NCBI GenBank assembly: GCA_963721685.1
Contig: CAVRJJ010000001.1
Location: 369,950 to 405,478 of the forward strand
DNA length: 35,529 nt
Reading direction: 5' to 3'
Source: an uncultured bacterium
Lineage (GTDB): Bacteria; Patescibacteriota; Saccharimonadia; UBA4664; SCTI01
The notes under the pieces were generated by a model. It saw only the letters and a program-made list of their open reading frames with translations, ran no database searches and was not told the origin of the DNA. The position numbers and the translations under genes are program-made. Every line of letters begins with the position of its first letter. The first letter of the stretch is position 1. This document shows, one piece after another, positions 8,237-18,197 of the stretch.

Positions 8237-11227
8237 CTAAAGGAGCGCATGCTTTTCTACTTTAATGTGAAGTGTGCCGTCATTGATCTTCGCGCTTGCG
8301 ATTCCCTCCCCTTCAAGATCCTGGTCGCCCCAAAGCTTCTTAACTTCGGTTGCAAGGGTTTCAGCGGCAATGGTTGATTCATGTTCATCAATTGCCTGCT
8401 TGATCTCGCTATCATCAGTTGAAAACGACAGCACAATGCGATCATCAACATCAAGCCCAGTCTTTTTACGTAAGCTCTGCACCTGGCGCACGATATCGCG
8501 CATGATGCCTTCCAGCTTGAGCTCAGGCGTTACGTTCAAATTAACTTCAGCTGCTACGAGTCTATGTTTAATACTATGTACTTCGAGCGTAATATTCGTT
8601 TCGATATTCGCGTTTTTAACATTCAGTTCTTCTTTAATAATGTCTTTATATTGTTCTATACGATTATCAGGGATATTAATTGTGATAAAAATTTTTGCAT
8701 TTGGAAGTGGCTGACGAACTCGCTTTTCATTCTCTGCACGTTGCCATAAACCATATTCGATTCCTTGTCGTATCTGTTCCATCTCCTTTGTAACCGCTGG
8801 ATTTCTATTTCCAGCTTCTGGCCAATCGCTTAAATGCACCGACTTCGGCACATCCATGCCCATCGTTAGCTCACGCCACAGTTTATCGGAAACAAACGGG
8901 CTCCATGGCGCCAATAGCTGGCTGATACGCACCATCACGTAATGCAAGGTGGCGTAGGCCGAGGCCTTATCGCCGTCATCTTCGCTTTTCCAAAAACGTC
9001 TGCGGCTGCGGCGCACATACCAGTTAGAGAGATCGTCGATAAAGTCCCTTAAAGGTCGTACCGCTGAAGGGATCCGGTAGGCATCGGCCTGCTCAGTCAT
9101 TTCTCCGATGACCTGGTTTAAGCGAGCAATTAGCCACTGGTCGAGCACATTATCTGATTTCGGTTCCGTCAAATCTTGAGGTTGCCAGTGATCAATCTCC
9201 GCGTAGGTTGAAAAGAAACTGTATACATTCCAGAGCCTGGTGAAGACATTGCGGGTTACTTCATTGACAGCTTCAGCTGAAAACCGGACATCTTCGCCCG
9301 CTACCACCGGACTGCTCATTAGAAAGAAACGCAGGCTGTCAGCGCCGGAGGTCGCGAAGATTTCGGCTGGATCGGGATAATTGCGCAAGCGTTTGCTTAA
9401 TTTTTTGCCGTCAGCGGCCAGTACCAACCCATTTACCACGACGTTCTCAAAAGCCGGTTTATTGTCCAAGGCGGTTGCCAAAACATGCAATGTATAAAAC
9501 CAGCCGCGGGTTTGGTCGACCCCTTCAGCAATAAACTGTGCCGGAAAGTGCGGCGGCATTTCCTCGCCAGACTCCCCGCCCATCCAATGGTCTTGGGCGT
9601 ACGGCATTGAGCCGGATTCAAACCAGCAGTCAAACACCTCTTCAGTCCGGCGGTAGGTTTTGCCATCGCGTTTAATTACCACACTATCAATACCGGGACG
9701 GTGCAGGTCAAATTCAGCCTTATGGCCGCTCAGCTCGCGCAGTTCATCCAGGCTACTTACCACAATAATATCCTCGCTATCTTTGATGTTTACCCAAATC
9801 GGCAATGGCGCCCCCCAAAAGCGGTTCCGCGAAAAATTCCAATCTCTAGCATCGGCCAGCCATCGGCCAAAACGACCTTCTTTTATATGGCCGGGAATCC
9901 AGTTTACCTGATTGTTGTTTGCGACCAATAGTTCTCGCAGCTCACTCACCTTGATATACCAGCTCGGTAAGGCGAAATACATTAAAGGCGTTTCACAGCG
10001 CCAACAAAATGGATAGGTGTGCTCAAAGGTTTCCGCGGCAAACAAGCGCCCCTTTTTAGTAAGGTCTTCAATAATGGATTTATCGGCCTTTTTGAAAAAC
10101 ATCCCGACAATCTCTTCCAGGCTCTTAATATGTTTAAACGCCTCCACCATCTGCCCATTACCATCGACGCTTTCGATTAATGGCAGGCCTTCGCGCAGAC
10201 CTAGCTCTAGATCGGTCTCGCCATAACGTGGAGCTACGTGCAAGACACCCGTCCCATCTTCTAAACTGACCGAGTCGTCAACATACACCCGCCAAGCAGT
10301 GGTTGTGTCATATTCACCAAGCGACTTCGCCGGGTAAAGCGGTTGATAGGCTGCTCCGGCAAAATCTTTGCCTTTTTTTGTATCCAAAACCTTATATTCA
10401 GTTTTTTTCAGGTCAAGTAACTCAAGTCGTTCTTTCGCTAAAATCAGCTTTTCACCTTTTTGCCATCCGTCACCGTCATCCAATAGCTCAATCTCCGCGT
10501 AATCGGCATCAGCCGCGACCGCCAGGGCAGCGTTGGCGGGCAAAGTCCACGGCGTGGTCGTCCACGCTAGCAGAGAAGTGTTAGCATCATCCTTAAGCTG
10601 GAATTTTACATACACGCTGGGATCCGGGACATTGTCCTTGTAGTTCTGGTTAACTTCAAAGTTGCTCAACGGCGTGGCGCAGCGCGGGCAATACGGGCTT
10701 GAACGAAAGCCGCGGTATACCAGCCCTTTTTGGTGCAGCCGGTTCATCACCCACCAGACGCTTTCAATATAGTCATCATCCATAGTGGCGTAGGAGTTTT
10801 CCATGTCAGCCCAGCGCCCCAGCCGCGCCATAAAGTCTTCCCACTGCGACTTATACTTATACACGCTGGCCTTGGCGATCTCGTTAAACTTATCAATCCC
10901 CATCTCCAAAATTTGGCGCTTGCCGGAAATGCCAAGCTGCTTTTCTACCTCAAACTCAACTGGCAACCCATGGGTATCCCAGCCATTACGCCGGGGAACA
11001 TAATAGCCCCGCATGGTTTTATAGCGCGTAACCGAATCCTTTTCGGTAATGGCCACCACATGACCATAGTGCGGCAAGCCGTTAGCAAACGGCGGACCAT
11101 CATAAAAGCTGAAGCGCTGCTTACCTTCACGGTTTTTAAGTGATTGCTCAAAGGTTTTCTCGGCGTCCCAAATTTTGAGCATTTCAGCCTCAAATTCAGG
11201 AAAGTTAGCTTGTTCGGCTTTTTTCAT
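8237..11227 (-). CDS. ileS: Isoleucine--tRNA ligase, type 2 (IleRS2)
   Basis: DGPPFANGLPHYGH, WTTTPWTLP, DCWFESGSMPY, EGVDQTRGWFY, KKLSKR; long C-terminal extension without the IleRS1 zinc finger. Confidence 0.97.
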   Translation of the reverse strand: MKKAEQANFPEFEAEMLKIWDAEKTFEQSLKNREGKQRFSFYDGPPFANGLPHYGHVVAITEKDSVTRYKTMRGYYVPRRNGWDTHGLPVEFEVEKQLGISGKRQILEMGIDKFNEIAKASVYKYKSQWEDFMARLGRWADMENSYATMDDDYIESVWWVMNRLHQKGLVYRGFRSSPYCPRCATPLSNFEVNQNYKDNVPDPSVYVKFQLKDDANTSLLAWTTTPWTLPANAALAVAADADYAEIELLDDGDGWQKGEKLILAKERLELLDLKKTEYKVLDTKKGKDFAGAAYQPLYPAKSLGEYDTTTAWRVYVDDSVSLEDGTGVLHVAPRYGETDLELGLREGLPLIESVDGNGQMVEAFKHIKSLEEIVGMFFKKADKSIIEDLTKKGRLFAAETFEHTYPFCWRCETPLMYFALPSWYIKVSELRELLVANNNQVNWIPGHIKEGRFGRWLADARDWNFSRNRFWGAPLPIWVNIKDSEDIIVVSSLDELRELSGHKAEFDLHRPGIDSVVIKRDGKTYRRTEEVFDCWFESGSMPYAQDHWMGGESGEEMPPHFPAQFIAEGVDQTRGWFYTLHVLATALDNKPAFENVVVNGLVLAADGKKLSKRLRNYPDPAEIFATSGADSLRFFLMSSPVVAGEDVRFSAEAVNEVTRNVFTRLWNVYSFFSTYAEIDHWQPQDLTEPKSDNVLDQWLIARLNQVIGEMTEQADAYRIPSAVRPLRDFIDDLSNWYVRRSRRRFWKSEDDGDKASAYATLHYVMVRISQLLAPWSPFVSDKLWRELTMGMDVPKSVHLSDWPEAGNRNPAVTKEMEQIRQGIEYGLWQRAENEKRVRQPLPNAKIFITINIPDNRIEQYKDIIKEELNVKNANIETNITLEVHSIKHRLVAAEVNLNVTPELKLEGIMRDIVRQVQSLRKKTGLDVDDRIVLSFSTDDSEIKQAIDEHESTIAAETLATEVKKLWGDQDLEGEGIASAKINDGTLHIKVEKHALL

Positions 11228-11487
11228 GAGGCGCTAAGGACGTTATTGGCGAACGCGCTAAGAAGCTGCAGCAACAAAAATGCGACTATCGGCGAAAAAT
11301 CGAAAAGCTGGGTTTTGGGCAAGAGTTTGCGGATAGGGCTAAGGATCGGTTCGGTAAGCTCAACCATCAACACGCCAAAACCGCTGGTTGGGTTTGGGCT
11401 AATCCAGCTCATGACCACCCGAATCAAAAGCAGAACTTGGAAAACCGTTACAAACAGGTTTATAAAATTAAGGAGAACCGGTATCAT
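11224..11487 (-). CDS. yggT: YggT/YlmG family membrane protein
   Basis: IRVVMSW...LTEPILSPIRKLLP...DFSPIVA. Confidence 0.92.
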   Translation of the reverse strand: MIPVLLNFINLFVTVFQVLLLIRVVMSWISPNPTSGFGVLMVELTEPILSPIRKLLPKTQLFDFSPIVAFLLLQLLSAFANNVLSAS

Positions 11488-11747
11488 GCGTGGGCTGCGA
11501 AGTAAGGACTGATATCTTCCACCCGTGGAAGGTCACCTTGCCACTTCTGCAAAAGCCCTCCTGTGGAATCAATAATAAGCACTCCCGGGCGATCCATTAC
11601 ATTATACAACTCACTCTTCGCTATGCCTTCGCGGCTATCGGCGTCAAGCAGCTCAAACGGGATCCGGTATTGCTCTAGTCGGCTTTGCAAATATGAAATT
11701 TCATGGTCGGCCGGGGTATTTTTGGTGTAAAGGATATAGAGATTCAT
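11484..11747 (-). CDS. Hypothetical protein, probable thioredoxin/glutaredoxin-like fold without CxxC
   Basis: ATGA-coupled to yggT; pattern ELLDADSREG...YNVMDRPGVLII..G resembles the cis-Pro beta-hairpin of the Trx fold; contains no Cys. Confidence 0.65.
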   Translation of the reverse strand: MNLYILYTKNTPADHEISYLQSRLEQYRIPFELLDADSREGIAKSELYNVMDRPGVLIIDSTGGLLQKWQGDLPRVEDISPYFAAHA

Positions 11748-11775
11748 GGCTTTAGTATAGCAAAAACGCTGCCTG

Positions 11776-12249
11776 TTACGGTTTTATTGGGTTAGTAATA
11801 CGGCGTTTTAGGCGAGCCAATTCAGCTTCAAAGGATGCGACGTCGGTAAAGGCACGGTAGACACTGGCAAAACGGACATAGGCCACATCATCTAGTTCGA
11901 GAAGTTTGTTCATTACAATTTCCCCTACCTGGCCCACTGTTACCTCCGGCTCACCCAGGCTTCGCACCTCTTGTTCTATCTGGTTGGCGGTAGTTTCAAT
12001 CACCTCGGCCGGGATTTCACGCTTCTCGCATGCCCGAAAGAGCCCCCCGATCACCTTTTCACGCCGATACAGCTCCCGGCGGCCGTCTTTCTTGATAACG
12101 GCTAGCGGCGGACGTTCAAGCCGTTCATAAGTGGTAAAACGGAGATTACAGTTCAAGCACTGGCGGCGACGGCGAATTGACGCGCCATCCTCAAGGTCGC
12201 GGGACTCAATGACCTTAGAGGCCTCATGTTCACATTTAGGACACTTCAC
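11776..12249 (-). CDS. nrdR: Transcriptional repressor NrdR
   Basis: CPKC...SKVIESR...RRRRQCLNC..RFTTYE, ATP-cone, VAYVRFASVY. Confidence 0.97.
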   Translation of the reverse strand: MKCPKCEHEASKVIESRDLEDGASIRRRRQCLNCNLRFTTYERLERPPLAVIKKDGRRELYRREKVIGGLFRACEKREIPAEVIETTANQIEQEVRSLGEPEVTVGQVGEIVMNKLLELDDVAYVRFASVYRAFTDVASFEAELARLKRRITNPIKP

Positions 12250-12262
12250 TTCCGACAGTCTC

Positions 12263-13645
12263 CTACTTTTTACGGCGCAAAAAGGCCGGAATGTCTAAAT
12301 CTTCTTCCTTATAATCGTTGTTATGCCCGCTAACAGCCCTGCTGGCACGTTCAATTAAAGATTTAGCCGTGCGGCTTTTAGCCACCGGTGCTTCCTGGTG
12401 GGTCTTGGGCTTACCATGTACGCCTTCAACCTCTGGCTCAATTGAGTTCACCTCTGGACGCACCGGTTGGTTGAATAAGGAGTTTTCCTCCTCGGCCGCT
12501 ACGTCTTCGTTAAAAGTTGGCCGTTCATTAATGAAAGGTTCTGCCTTGAAGCGATCGGCAACCGGCTCGTTCGACGGAGCTGGCAAGGGATCATCTTCAA
12601 CAAAGACCGGAGCTGAAGCCTTTGCAAATGAGTCCGCCTGAGAGACGGCTGTGGACGAGGATGGCGCGAATACCGGCCGCGGCGGGCGGGGCGTGGTATC
12701 AAAGCCGGTAGCTACAACCGTAATTTTAATATCATCTTCCATGCTTTCATCCAGCACCGCGCCAAAGATAATATTGGCATTACTATCAACGGCTTCCGTG
12801 ATAGTCTTGGCGGCCTCATCAATCTCGTACATACTCATGTTTCGTCCGCCGGTAATGTTGAAAAGCACACCCTTTGCGCCATCAACATTAACCTCCAGAA
12901 GCGGTGAATCAATAGCTTGGCGGGCAGCTTCCACCGCGCGATTTTCACCTTTCGCCCGGCCAATACCCATCAATGCTGAACCAGCGTTCTCCATAATCGA
13001 CTTAATGTCGGCGAAGTCTAGGTTTATCAAACCATGGACGGTAATGAGGTCAGAAATACCCTGGACGCCTTGCTGCAAAACATCATCTACCACCTTAAAC
13101 GCGTCCAACAAAGAGGTCTTGCGGTCGACCATATCAAGCAGGCGGTCGTTCGGGATGGTTATAAGTGTATCCACGGCGTCGCGCATTTCCGCGATGCCTT
13201 GTTCGGCCTGGTCCATGCGCCGCTCGCCTTCAAAGGTAAAAGGTTTAGTAACAATGCCAACCACTAGCGCGCCGGATTCACGGGCAGCCGCGGCGATTAG
13301 CGGAGCGGCGCCGGTACCGGTTCCACCGCCCATACCGGCAGTAATGAAGACCATGTCGACTCCTTTGAGGGCCGCGGTAATATCTGCTTGATTCTCTTCA
13401 GCCGCTTTCCGGCCCACCTGAGGGTTTGCCCCCGCGCCTAATCCACGAGTTAAACTTTGGCCAATATGTACCTTTTGCTGCGCGTTGGAATGATGCAATG
13501 ATTGCGCATCTGTATTGATTGCTACGAACTCTATACCTTGCAGCCGTGAGCTTATCATTCGCTCAACTGCCGTTGTGCCGCCGCCGCCAACACCAACTAC
13601 TTTGATGCGCGCGAAGGTCTGTATCTCCGGAAGAACCTCAGCCAT
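12263..13645 (-). CDS. ftsZ: Cell division protein FtsZ
   Basis: GGGTGTG signature, NLDFAD T7 loop, C-terminal [11 protein letters not shown]. Confidence 0.98.
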   Translation of the reverse strand: MAEVLPEIQTFARIKVVGVGGGGTTAVERMISSRLQGIEFVAINTDAQSLHHSNAQQKVHIGQSLTRGLGAGANPQVGRKAAEENQADITAALKGVDMVFITAGMGGGTGTGAAPLIAAAARESGALVVGIVTKPFTFEGERRMDQAEQGIAEMRDAVDTLITIPNDRLLDMVDRKTSLLDAFKVVDDVLQQGVQGISDLITVHGLINLDFADIKSIMENAGSALMGIGRAKGENRAVEAARQAIDSPLLEVNVDGAKGVLFNITGGRNMSMYEIDEAAKTITEAVDSNANIIFGAVLDESMEDDIKITVVATGFDTTPRPPRPVFAPSSSTAVSQADSFAKASAPVFVEDDPLPAPSNEPVADRFKAEPFINERPTFNEDVAAEEENSLFNQPVRPEVNSIEPEVEGVHGKPKTHQEAPVAKSRTAKSLIERASRAVSGHNNDYKEEDLDIPAFLRRKK

Positions 13646-13930
13646 GTAAAATGCTCCTTACCACTGACAATCAGTCTAGCGATAGCGGTTTAAAAATGCA
13701 AATTGTTTATTCACCGTTTTTGGGGATAAGTATATGAACAATTTTTTTATACATTCACTCTTTGCAATCAGTTGAGAAGCTGTTATACACGTAATTTCAC
13801 CATTGTGCATAAGCGGCAAACCTCTTTCCTGATAGCGTAAAAACATGCTTCCTAGAATCGTCACATATCATCTGTTCAAAGAACAGATTGCATAGACATC
13901 TAATGAAGCAGTTTTAGGCTTTTAGCCTAG

Positions 13931-15163
13931 TTAAGGTAGAAGATTTCGCAACGTTTTTCGGATGCGATCAACGGTCTCGCCAATACGGTCGTTGCCGCGA
14001 TCGTTCATATTAGTGCGGGACATATTCTCAAACATTAAACCAACCGGCGCGGCAAAAGCGGGATCATTTACTTTATCTACCAACCCGCTCAAGTCGCTGG
14101 GCTTACCAATTGTAACCGGCAGCCCCAAAACTTGCTTGGCCAGCTCATCGATACCGGGCATTCGGGCGCCGCCACCGGTTAGGACCACCCCACCCGGAAG
14201 TAGTTTGCTTTTGCCAATCTTGGCAAACTCGGCCTGAACCATCTGGAAGATCTCTTCCAGGCGGGCGGTCGCGATATCATGAAGGTCGCGAGCAGGAATA
14301 AGGCCGTCTTCACCCAACTCCTCTATCTGCACCTTTTCGCGGCTGCCAGATTTTAGCGAACCGGCGTTAATATACTTCAGTTTGATAGCTTCGGCCACCT
14401 CCACATCGGTACGCAAGCCAATTGCTAGATCGTTGGTAACATGTCCGGCTCCAACAGGCAGAACGCTTGAATACAAGATTTCGCCTTCCTCGTACACCGC
14501 TATTCCGGTGGTACCACCACCAATATCGACAACCGCCACCCCTAGCTCAAGTTGTTTTTTCGTTAATACGGCCCGAGCCGCGGCTAAGGGGACCATAATT
14601 TGTCCCTCTATATCGATACCTGCCTGATAAACCGCTCGTTGTAAGTTTTTAATAGCAGGTGTTGCGCCCGTAACAATATGGGCCTCAACTTCTAAGCGCA
14701 CCCCGTTCATCCCTACCGGGTCTTTAATATTGGTTTGACCGTCCACGGTAAAAGAACGCGGAAACATTTGAATAATTTCACGGTTAGGCGGGAGCTGGAT
14801 GGCTGTGGCCGCTTCCTCAACCCGATGAACATCTTCGGCTGTGATCTCGTGGTCGGCCCGGCCAACCGCGATCACTCCGGTAGAATTCATACTTGAAACA
14901 TGGGAGCCATCGATATTAATGGTAGCGCGGTCAATAGCTACACCGCTCAACCGTTCAGCCTCATCCACCGCCGCGGTTATTGATGACACGGTTTCCTCAA
15001 CATCAATCACGACCCCCCGGCGCATACCGCCAACCGGAGCCATGCCTACCCCGATAATACTTGGATGCGGAGCCGCTTCTTCCTGAAGGCCAACAATGCA
15101 GCAGACTTTAGTGCTTCCGACGTCTAAACCTATAAAAATGTCATCCTGCTGGCGAAGTGCCAC
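13931..15163 (-). CDS. ftsA: Cell division protein FtsA
   Basis: GLDVGSTK, VDIGGGTT, VLTGGGA, C-terminal amphipathic helix; lies upstream of ftsZ. Confidence 0.97.
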   Translation of the reverse strand: MALRQQDDIFIGLDVGSTKVCCIVGLQEEAAPHPSIIGVGMAPVGGMRRGVVIDVEETVSSITAAVDEAERLSGVAIDRATINIDGSHVSSMNSTGVIAVGRADHEITAEDVHRVEEAATAIQLPPNREIIQMFPRSFTVDGQTNIKDPVGMNGVRLEVEAHIVTGATPAIKNLQRAVYQAGIDIEGQIMVPLAAARAVLTKKQLELGVAVVDIGGGTTGIAVYEEGEILYSSVLPVGAGHVTNDLAIGLRTDVEVAEAIKLKYINAGSLKSGSREKVQIEELGEDGLIPARDLHDIATARLEEIFQMVQAEFAKIGKSKLLPGGVVLTGGGARMPGIDELAKQVLGLPVTIGKPSDLSGLVDKVNDPAFAAPVGLMFENMSRTNMNDRGNDRIGETVDRIRKTLRNLLP

Positions 15164-15342
15164 TGGTACTCGTTCCCGTAGTTATTAATCTCTATTATAA
15201 TGCTTATGCTAATCTGCGCAAGCAAGACCCGAACACTATTGTGTTACAGGCTGAACACGAAACGTATAATACGGCTTCCGTGCCCTTATGTGTGAACACA
15301 AATGTAGTATACACCAATGGGTTCGGCCAAGTTTCACGCAGC

Positions 15343-16107
15343 TTAAAGCCGCGTAAGAACCTCCGGGGGACCATCGGTTATTAAAATAGTGTGTTCAAAT
15401 TGGGCCGCCAAAGATCCGTCCCGCGTGGAAATGGTCCATTTATCACCAAGTACTTTAATTTCCGGTGACCCAAGCGTAGCCATAGGCTCAATAGCCACTG
15501 TCATTCCGGCTTTTAAAACCGGGCCGCTTTTAGCCCGGCCATAATTGGGGATCTGCGGCTCTTCCCACAGATCACGCCCTACACCGTGTCCGGCTAGCTC
15601 CCGGATAATGCCAAGATTAGCTTGCTCTAGATGGCGCTGGATCGCGGCAGAAATATCGCCTACGCGGTTCCCGGCCACAGCCTGGTCAATCCCCTCCATC
15701 AGCGCGGCCTCGGTTGCATCAAGCAGGCGCCGTGGGGCGGCACCAACATCACCAAGCGCAACAGTCACCGCTGAATCAGTCACCATGCCATTACAGCGCA
15801 CCCCGAAGTCTAATCCCACTAAATCGCCCAGCAGTAATACGCGCTTGCCCGGTATGCCATGCACCACCTCTTCATTGACAGATATGCAAATTGACTTAGG
15901 AAAGCCTTCATGCCCCAAAAACGCCGCTGTCCCCCCGAGGCCCTTAAGCTCACGAGCGGCCAGACGATCAAGTTCATCGGTAGTCATGCCTACCGCGAGC
16001 TCAGCAGTCAGAAATGTGAGGACTTGGGCAAGCATCTTGCCGCCGGTTCTCATTGCCTCCACTTCGTCGGCGGTCTTAATGGTAGCGGTATTTATCTCGC
16101 TGGCCAC
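15343..16107 (-). CDS. map: Methionine aminopeptidase type I
   Basis: SVNEEVVHGIP, DFG...DSA, GHGVG, AIEPM, AQFEHT. Confidence 0.96.
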   Translation of the reverse strand: MASEINTATIKTADEVEAMRTGGKMLAQVLTFLTAELAVGMTTDELDRLAARELKGLGGTAAFLGHEGFPKSICISVNEEVVHGIPGKRVLLLGDLVGLDFGVRCNGMVTDSAVTVALGDVGAAPRRLLDATEAALMEGIDQAVAGNRVGDISAAIQRHLEQANLGIIRELAGHGVGRDLWEEPQIPNYGRAKSGPVLKAGMTVAIEPMATLGSPEIKVLGDKWTISTRDGSLAAQFEHTILITDGPPEVLTRL

Positions 16108-16469
16108 AAAAGGTTTCCAACGTAAGGCAAGAAAATGGCCCCGCCAATAGCAACCGCGCCAATAGCCGTTACCAGAACAGCCCCGGCGGCGATATCTTTA
16201 ATAATCCTTACCTGGGGGTGAGATTTAGGTTCAATTAAATCCAGGGTCTTCTCTAGGGCGGTATTAACCACTTCTGTCGTAAAAACCAGAATAATGGCAA
16301 AGAAGATAGCCGCCAGCTCAGCGTTAGTTACACCAAGAATTACACATGCCGCCAAAGCAATTAAAGCAAAAATGAGTTGAAGCCGAGCATTGCGCTCTAC
16401 CCGCACCACAAACACTAAACCGGTAAAGGCAGTGTAAAGACTTCGTATAAACAAGGCTAATCGATCCAT
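16092..16469 (-). CDS. dgkA: Diacylglycerol/undecaprenol kinase family protein
   Basis: ERNAR, EVVNTALEKTLD, KDIAAGAVL; follows ybeY. Confidence 0.9.
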   Translation of the reverse strand: MDRLALFIRSLYTAFTGLVFVVRVERNARLQLIFALIALAACVILGVTNAELAAIFFAIILVFTTEVVNTALEKTLDLIEPKSHPQVRIIKDIAAGAVLVTAIGAVAIGGAIFLPYVGNLLWPAR

Positions 16470-16915
16470 TGAAAATCCCGGTAAGCTAGCCCGGCAGCGT
16501 CCATAATCGTCGCCTGCAGCCGATCAAGTTCACGCCGCGCCTTAGGTTCAGCGTGGTCATACCCTATTGTATGCAAAATGCCGTGGACTGCCAGCAAGGC
16601 AATTTCATCAGAAGAGGTTGTCCCGGCGGCCTCGGCTTGTCGCTCGGCGGTCTCACTGCTAATCACGATATCAGCTAGCTCCCCGTAAGTGTCTGTCCCA
16701 CTTTCTTGATAGTTAAACGTTAAAACGTCGGTAGGGACGGTTAAGCCGCTTGAACGCTCATTAAGTTCAGCAATCTCTTTATCACTGATTAACTTCAAAT
16801 TTATCGTGCCCGTCGGCACCGCTTTTCCAATTGAAGCCTGAAGGCTGGCAAAGGCTTTTTCTACAGCCCGCTGCCACGCCTCGGGCCATTGGTTAATAAA
16901 GCTAAGCGTCAACAT
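16457..16915 (-). CDS. ybeY: rRNA maturation RNase YbeY
   Basis: PTDVLTF and HGILHTIGYDH. Confidence 0.93.
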   Translation of the reverse strand: MLTLSFINQWPEAWQRAVEKAFASLQASIGKAVPTGTINLKLISDKEIAELNERSSGLTVPTDVLTFNYQESGTDTYGELADIVISSETAERQAEAAGTTSSDEIALLAVHGILHTIGYDHAEPKARRELDRLQATIMDAAGLAYRDFQWID

Positions 16916-17361
16916 TAGCCAGCCAAATGTTGACGCACTAACTGGGAAACTTTGGATCCATTCGCTCGGCCAGCCGTTTTCTGCATAACTCCACCCATTA
17001 CCACACCTATCTGAGTGATTCCGTCTGCCCCGGTTTCAGCAATAACTGTTTTAATAATTGCGTTAAGCTCCTCGTCATCCATCTGCTTGGGCAGGTAAGC
17101 ATCGATAATGGCAAGTTCCTGCTGTTCGGTCTTTACGAGATCCTGCCGATTTCCCTCTTCATATTGAATAATAGCTTCTTTACGCTGTTTAGCTTCCCGT
17201 TGGAGAACTTTTAGCACTTCTGCTTCGGATAGTTCATGCCCCAGTTTGATCTGTTCCATCTGGAAGGAGCTTTTCATCATACGCAGCACACCGGTGCGCG
17301 CAGTGTCGCCCTCTTTCATCGAAGTGATAAGGTTTTGGTTGAGGGTTTCTCTTAGGGCCAT
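16915..17361 (-). CDS. GatB/YqeY domain protein
   Basis: EAKQRKEAI..Y...R.DL...E...IDAYLPKQM...GVVMG...GRANG; follows rpsU. Confidence 0.92.
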   Translation of the reverse strand: MALRETLNQNLITSMKEGDTARTGVLRMMKSSFQMEQIKLGHELSEAEVLKVLQREAKQRKEAIIQYEEGNRQDLVKTEQQELAIIDAYLPKQMDDEELNAIIKTVIAETGADGITQIGVVMGGVMQKTAGRANGSKVSQLVRQHLAG

Positions 17362-17362
17362 C

Positions 17363-17572
17363 TTAGCGGTAGAGTGCCTGGCGGGCTTTTACGGCTTTAC
17401 GGGTGGCTTTGCGAATCGCAATTTCACGTTGGGCGCGCTTAGTGAGCGGCTTCTCGAACTGACGTTTCCGCCGAGCCACTCCTAAGACACCAGATTGCTG
17501 CACCTTCTTATTGAAGCGCCGCAGCATATTTTCGAGCGATTCCCGATCGTCCTTGCGCGTTACTTGGAGCAA
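17363..17572 (-). CDS. rpsU: 30S ribosomal protein S21
   Basis: ESLENMLRRFNKKVQQSG...FEKP; TTG start with GAAGGTGA SD. Confidence 0.93.
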   Translation of the reverse strand: MLQVTRKDDRESLENMLRRFNKKVQQSGVLGVARRKRQFEKPLTKRAQREIAIRKATRKAVKARQALYR

Positions 17573-17641
17573 GTTAAATCACCTTCCCTTCGTAGCATTA
17601 ACTTAGGTAACTATACTCGATCAGAGACCTTTAAACAACCC

Positions 17642-17950
17642 TTATGCACGCGCCAGCAGATGAACATGCAGGTGGTCAATTTCCTGACCAGCATCCTTCC
17701 CAATGTTTATCTTCAGGTTGTACGCCCCGGCTACTCCCTGATCACGGGCAACTTCTTGAACGGCCGCCACTAAACCAGGGGCCATCTTGGAGTTTATCTG
17801 GTCAAAGCTATCGATATGCTCTTTTGGCATAATCAATAGATGGAGCGGCGCTTTAGGATAAATATCTTTGATAGCCGCGAAATCATCATTCTGCCAGACA
17901 ACGGTGTATTCGTCGCGGGAAAGTTTACAGAATAAGCAGCCGGATTTCAT
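17642..17950 (-). CDS. HIT family nucleotide hydrolase
   Basis: CLFC, DIYPKAPLHLLIMPK, AGQEIDHLHVHLL. Confidence 0.95.
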   Translation of the reverse strand: MKSGCLFCKLSRDEYTVVWQNDDFAAIKDIYPKAPLHLLIMPKEHIDSFDQINSKMAPGLVAAVQEVARDQGVAGAYNLKINIGKDAGQEIDHLHVHLLARA

Positions 17951-17966
17951 GTGTCTATACTATCAA

Positions 17967-18091
17967 AGGCGAAAGCGCCTCGCCATAAGAATGGAAAGGC
18001 GCTGATGGCACCCCTCCTAAAAGAGTTGATAAGAGAGATGCCAACTTGCGCCGCCTCTTGGTCCCGGATGATCCGAGAAGAAGAGGCGGCG
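17967..18091 (-). terminator. Three tandem hairpins downstream of the GC-rich orphan gene
   Basis: CGCCGCCTCTT(18049-59)/AAGAGGCGGCG(18081-91); a 14-bp stem 18006-19/18030-43 with 3 G-U pairs that form only on the minus strand; AGGCG/CGCCT 17967-80. Confidence 0.6.
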
Positions 18092-18197
18092 AGCCAGATG
18101 AGAACGGAACCGATCCAGCAGAGATGTTTCAGGCGGGGGCCTGGAACGCTCCACTGAAGCGACCTTGCGAGAGATGCGGGTCGAAGCCGGCATGCCG

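Noticed and set aside
13676-13864. 62-aa ORF between ftsA and ftsZ
   Set aside because: AT-rich, no SD and no protein-like features; better explained as regulatory DNA.
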